From NCBI GenBank assembly GCA_963665665.1, contig OY762428.1:5394199-5458198 (forward strand): a stretch of 64,000 nucleotides of DNA, given 5' to 3'. Positions 60,816 through 64,000 of the stretch are shown piece by piece (the stretch's first letter is position 1; the number at the start of each line of letters is the position of its first letter). The notes beneath the pieces were generated by a model, which ran no database searches, was not told the DNA's origin, and saw only the letters and a list, made by a program, of their open reading frames with translations. Made by a program: the position numbers and the translations under genes. Origin of the DNA: Candidatus Kapaibacterium sp. (GTDB lineage Bacteria; Bacteroidota; Ignavibacteria; Kapaibacteriales; UBA2268).

Positions 60816-60843
60816 TGCAACTTTCTAGATTTTGATTTGTTAT
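60816..60843 (+). promoter_or_regulatory. Putative ECF-type promoter of array gene 3
   Basis: TGCAAC-N16-TGTTAT with a spacer different from those of copies 1 and 2. Confidence 0.5.
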
Positions 60844-60987
60844 ATTATTTGATAATCGATGTTATTGTAAGGAAAAAAGCAATCATTTGAAGTCAGCAAA
60901 ATGAATTCAAAGCGGGGAATTTGATCAATTTACATTTAACTTTAAAACAGTAAATAAATTTTGTTTCCTGATTTTACGGAGTCAGTT

Positions 60988-63900
60988 ATGCGCCCGATCA
61001 TACTTCTTATTATTTTATTTGTCGCTTCAATAAATACATTCGCAAAAATCGAAAAGACATCCCCACTTGTTAAGGAATGGGAAATAGGTACTTATGGTTT
61101 TGATTCATACTGGCATGCAGATTTCAGCGTTGATACAAAAGGAAATGTTTATATATTTGAACCATATAAACACTACGGACATCCCGATAATTGTTCTGAT
61201 TATAAATTAAGTAAAATTGATAAAAACGGTAAATTAGTATGGCAAATAGAAGTCTATCATTGGTATAGGAATCATTCGGCTCATAATGACGAACTTGAAT
61301 TAGATCCCTTTGGCAACATTTTTTTTTGGAAGTTAGATACGCTAATGAAATACGATTCTGATGGAAATTTTGTGTGGAAAAAAAATTTGCTTAACTACAA
61401 ACGTTATTATTATTACGATTGGTATTCATTTGAAATTGACAGCAAGGGAAATATTATATATTATGATTTTGTTGATACCCAACCGCGAAATTATTTTTTA
61501 ACAAAAATTGATAATGATGGAAATTTGATTTGGAAAGTCCCAATAAATTATTTTAATACATATAATAATGAAATTATGATTGATTCAAATGATAATATTG
61601 CAGTTTATTCCAATAAAATAGATACCTTATTCCAAATTATAACATATTCTGGTACAAATGGAGAAATTTTGTCAACATCAAAAAATTTTTCAAAGTTTAT
61701 TTTTGATGCAAAATTTGATAATTACGATAATATTTGTTTTGTTGAATACGTGGCTCATGGTTTTTCCTGCTATTTTAATAAAATGTCAGGTGATGGAAAC
61801 ATTATGTTTCGTAAATTGTTAGATACAAATCCAACTTATTATTATTCTAATACTGGAAATTATAACGATGATGATAACGATTTTTGTTTCGATAATAATA
61901 ATTCAGCATATATTCCTGTTGGAATTACACCTGAAGGAACCTCCGCCGATACTCTTTATGCTTATAATGCAAATTTTAATCCATCAATCATTAAAATTGA
62001 TAAAAATGGAAGAAGAATGTGGAAATTCACGGATCCTGGCCCTAAAAATAAATTTTTCACACATATAATATTTTCACCGCCAAATACATTATATGTTCTT
62101 GGAAATTCTGAAATTAAAGCAGGAAATAGTTCATACAATCATCAAAATAAATTATGTAAATATTATATTGACACCATTGATATGATAATAACCGATTACC
62201 AAGTAGAAAATGAAATTGATACCCTTGATCTTGGGAAAATATGCCTTGGCGATACGAAAACAGGATATGCGGCAGTTAAGAATTTCTCGGATTTTGGCCT
62301 TGAACTAAAACCGCCGGTGTTTACTGACTCAGAGCATTTCACGGGTGAATACATGCGGGGGGATTCGCTTTTCTGGAATGATACACTTGGTGTGAGAATA
62401 CATATTGCCCCGGACAAAACCGGGCCGATTGAAACAATGATGTACATCTACTGCAATGAAGATGATGCTGTAATGGACTCCCTGCTGATAAAAGCTCTCG
62501 TCGTAGAGCCGGGAATGGAGATTAGCAATGATATTGACTTCGGGTATGTGAAGTTCGGGAAACGTCCCGAGAAGACATTCACAATCCGAAATACCGGAAC
62601 CTCAGATTTGTATATCAGCGACTTAAATGAGTTCGATCTGCCATTCAGGATTACGGAAACAGACCCGGCTATTCCGGCAGTCCTCATTCCCGGTGACAGC
62701 ATGATTGTTACAATGACAGTCCAGGGCACAGCCGAAGAGGAATATTTTGATACGCTTTCGGTTGAAACCAAAAAGATTGGCGAGGCCTGCCCAATTGACG
62801 GATTTGTGAACATGCATACTATAACCCTGCGTTATGAACTTGCTGCAAACGATATTGATTACGGCTTCGTGGCTGACTGCAAGACCCCGCAAGACACCGT
62901 CAGGCTTGTGAACTGCGGCGCAGCCCCGGTTAAACTCATTGACGAAGGATACCTTAATAATAAAGATGATTTTGAAATTGTGTCAGCAACGCCTTCGGGG
63001 ACAGTCCTCAATTTTCTCGACACCGCGTTCTACCTGATACGCTTTACCCCAAAAGCGCCCGACGGCCTGAAAACTGGCGAACTGAGGATTAAGACAGATC
63101 ACCCTGAAGAGGGATTCCGTACTGTCAGGCTTCGTGGCGAGACCGAATCTGTGAACCTCACTGCTGAGAATATTTCCTTCGGCAATGTGGGAATAAACCG
63201 CGATTCAACTTTGAAATGCGTACTCACCAACCACAACGGTTTCGACCTGCTTATTTCCTCAATCATTGAAAACCATGCCTGGCTGGAAATCCTGCCACAA
63301 TCATTTACTATCCCTGTCGGAGAGGATTTCGAAATAGATGTGAAGATCAACCTGGCTGACGCAATTGAATATTCAGCATGGCCGCAGATCATAATTCAAG
63401 GCCCCTGCCCGGATACCGTGGCTTTCAGAATTGATGCTACCGGCATAAAATCCTCCGTTGAGGTAACTCCACTTTGCAATTATAATGAAACTGAATTCTG
63501 CCAGTCCAAAACGATGGATATTGAGATTAAAAACACCGGCAAACTACCAATATCACTACTTTCAGGAGAAATTCAAGGCGCTGACAAAGAGCTGTTTTCA
63601 TTCGAAGACAATTATGAGAATATTGAGATTCTGCCCGGAGAATCAATAATTGAGAAAGTCATTTTCACTCCCGAATCATCCATAAACGGCCCGAAAACAG
63701 CACAGGCTCGAAATATAATATTGATCGATATGGTTGAAGTGGAATTCATTACAGAGCTGCAAGGTGAAAGATACACAATACTTTACGATATTCCGGAATT
63801 CGTCTCGGTTTCAGCAAGGATCAGCGAAAACGCAACAGAACAAATTGAATTAAAGAACACGGCAGAATATGATTTTACGATAGAAGAAATCAACCTTGAA

Positions 63901-64000
63901 AACGCAGCCGAATTTTCTATTACTCCCGACCTGGCAGGAAGGAAAATCAATGCGGGACTTTCGGAAATGCTGACTGTATCTTTATTTTCAAACATTGCAG
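60988..64000 (+). CDS. Large surface protein, array copy 3 (runs off the window end)
   Basis: Not in ORF track; ATG 60988 after GGAG, signal peptide MRPIILLIILFVASINTFA, propeller repeats, and the same frame reaches DTLDLGKICLGDTKTG at 62218. Confidence 0.85.
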   Translation, partial: MRPIILLIILFVASINTFAKIEKTSPLVKEWEIGTYGFDSYWHADFSVDTKGNVYIFEPYKHYGHPDNCSDYKLSKIDKNGKLVWQIEVYHWYRNHSAHNDELELDPFGNIFFWKLDTLMKYDSDGNFVWKKNLLNYKRYYYYDWYSFEIDSKGNIIYYDFVDTQPRNYFLTKIDNDGNLIWKVPINYFNTYNNEIMIDSNDNIAVYSNKIDTLFQIITYSGTNGEILSTSKNFSKFIFDAKFDNYDNICFVEYVAHGFSCYFNKMSGDGNIMFRKLLDTNPTYYYSNTGNYNDDDNDFCFDNNNSAYIPVGITPEGTSADTLYAYNANFNPSIIKIDKNGRRMWKFTDPGPKNKFFTHIIFSPPNTLYVLGNSEIKAGNSSYNHQNKLCKYYIDTIDMIITDYQVENEIDTLDLGKICLGDTKTGYAAVKNFSDFGLELKPPVFTDSEHFTGEYMRGDSLFWNDTLGVRIHIAPDKTGPIETMMYIYCNEDDAVMDSLLIKALVVEPGMEISNDIDFGYVKFGKRPEKTFTIRNTGTSDLYISDLNEFDLPFRITETDPAIPAVLIPGDSMIVTMTVQGTAEEEYFDTLSVETKKIGEACPIDGFVNMHTITLRYELAANDIDYGFVADCKTPQDTVRLVNCGAAPVKLIDEGYLNNKDDFEIVSATPSGTVLNFLDTAFYLIRFTPKAPDGLKTGELRIKTDHPEEGFRTVRLRGETESVNLTAENISFGNVGINRDSTLKCVLTNHNGFDLLISSIIENHAWLEILPQSFTIPVGEDFEIDVKINLADAIEYSAWPQIIIQGPCPDTVAFRIDATGIKSSVEVTPLCNYNETEFCQSKTMDIEIKNTGKLPISLLSGEIQGADKELFSFEDNYENIEILPGESIIEKVIFTPESSINGPKTAQARNIILIDMVEVEFITELQGERYTILYDIPEFVSVSARISENATEQIELKNTAEYDFTIEEINLENAAEFSITPDLAGRKINAGLSEMLTVSLFSNIA

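Noticed and set aside
53905-63995. Recurring antisense ORFs within the array (MLSPG..., MYCECLLG...)
   Set aside because: They recur only because the sense-strand stalk DNA is repeated; there is no independent coding evidence.
52703-64000. Diversity-generating retroelement or invertase shufflon behind head variation
   Set aside because: Differences are not adenine-specific and include indels over about 1.1 kb; no reverse transcriptase, template repeat, invertase or inverted cassettes are visible.

Overview
AT-rich bacterial chromosomal window, probably from the Bacteroidota/Chlorobiota/Ignavibacteriota lineage and resembling Ca. Kapabacteria. This is inferred from several type IX secretion (T9SS) C-terminal domains, GldL/GldM-like genes, HprK and a barrel+OmpA protein. 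Left to right: a partial TolC gene; an envelope operon (heparinase II/III, flippase, FtsX-like, LptF/G-like, divergent GldL/GldM-like pair); DUF3160 T9SS protein, OsmC, MltG, NlpC/P60; two tandem REC-histidine kinases; HsdR_N, MazG, nitroreductase, AlkD-like; a 13 x 21-bp tandem repeat near tRNA-Glu(CTC); a staphyloxanthin-type tailoring cluster (aldH-crtP-crtQ-crtO, no crtM/crtN); DsbD with duplicated N-terminal domain; HprK; perR-dps-peroxiredoxin; a PAS/GAF kinase; an ECF sigma with an apparent dual-membrane-spanning anti-sigma and a lipoprotein. The most notable feature is at the right end: a tandem array of at least three large surface-protein genes (two complete at about 1250 aa with T9SS tails, the third cut off). 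They have divergent, AT-rich beta-propeller heads on near-identical, mosaic, GC-richer stalks. Each copy is preceded by the same REP-like hairpin and by an ECF-type promoter motif that also occurs upstream of the ECF sigma gene. All calls were made by eye; no database searches were run.
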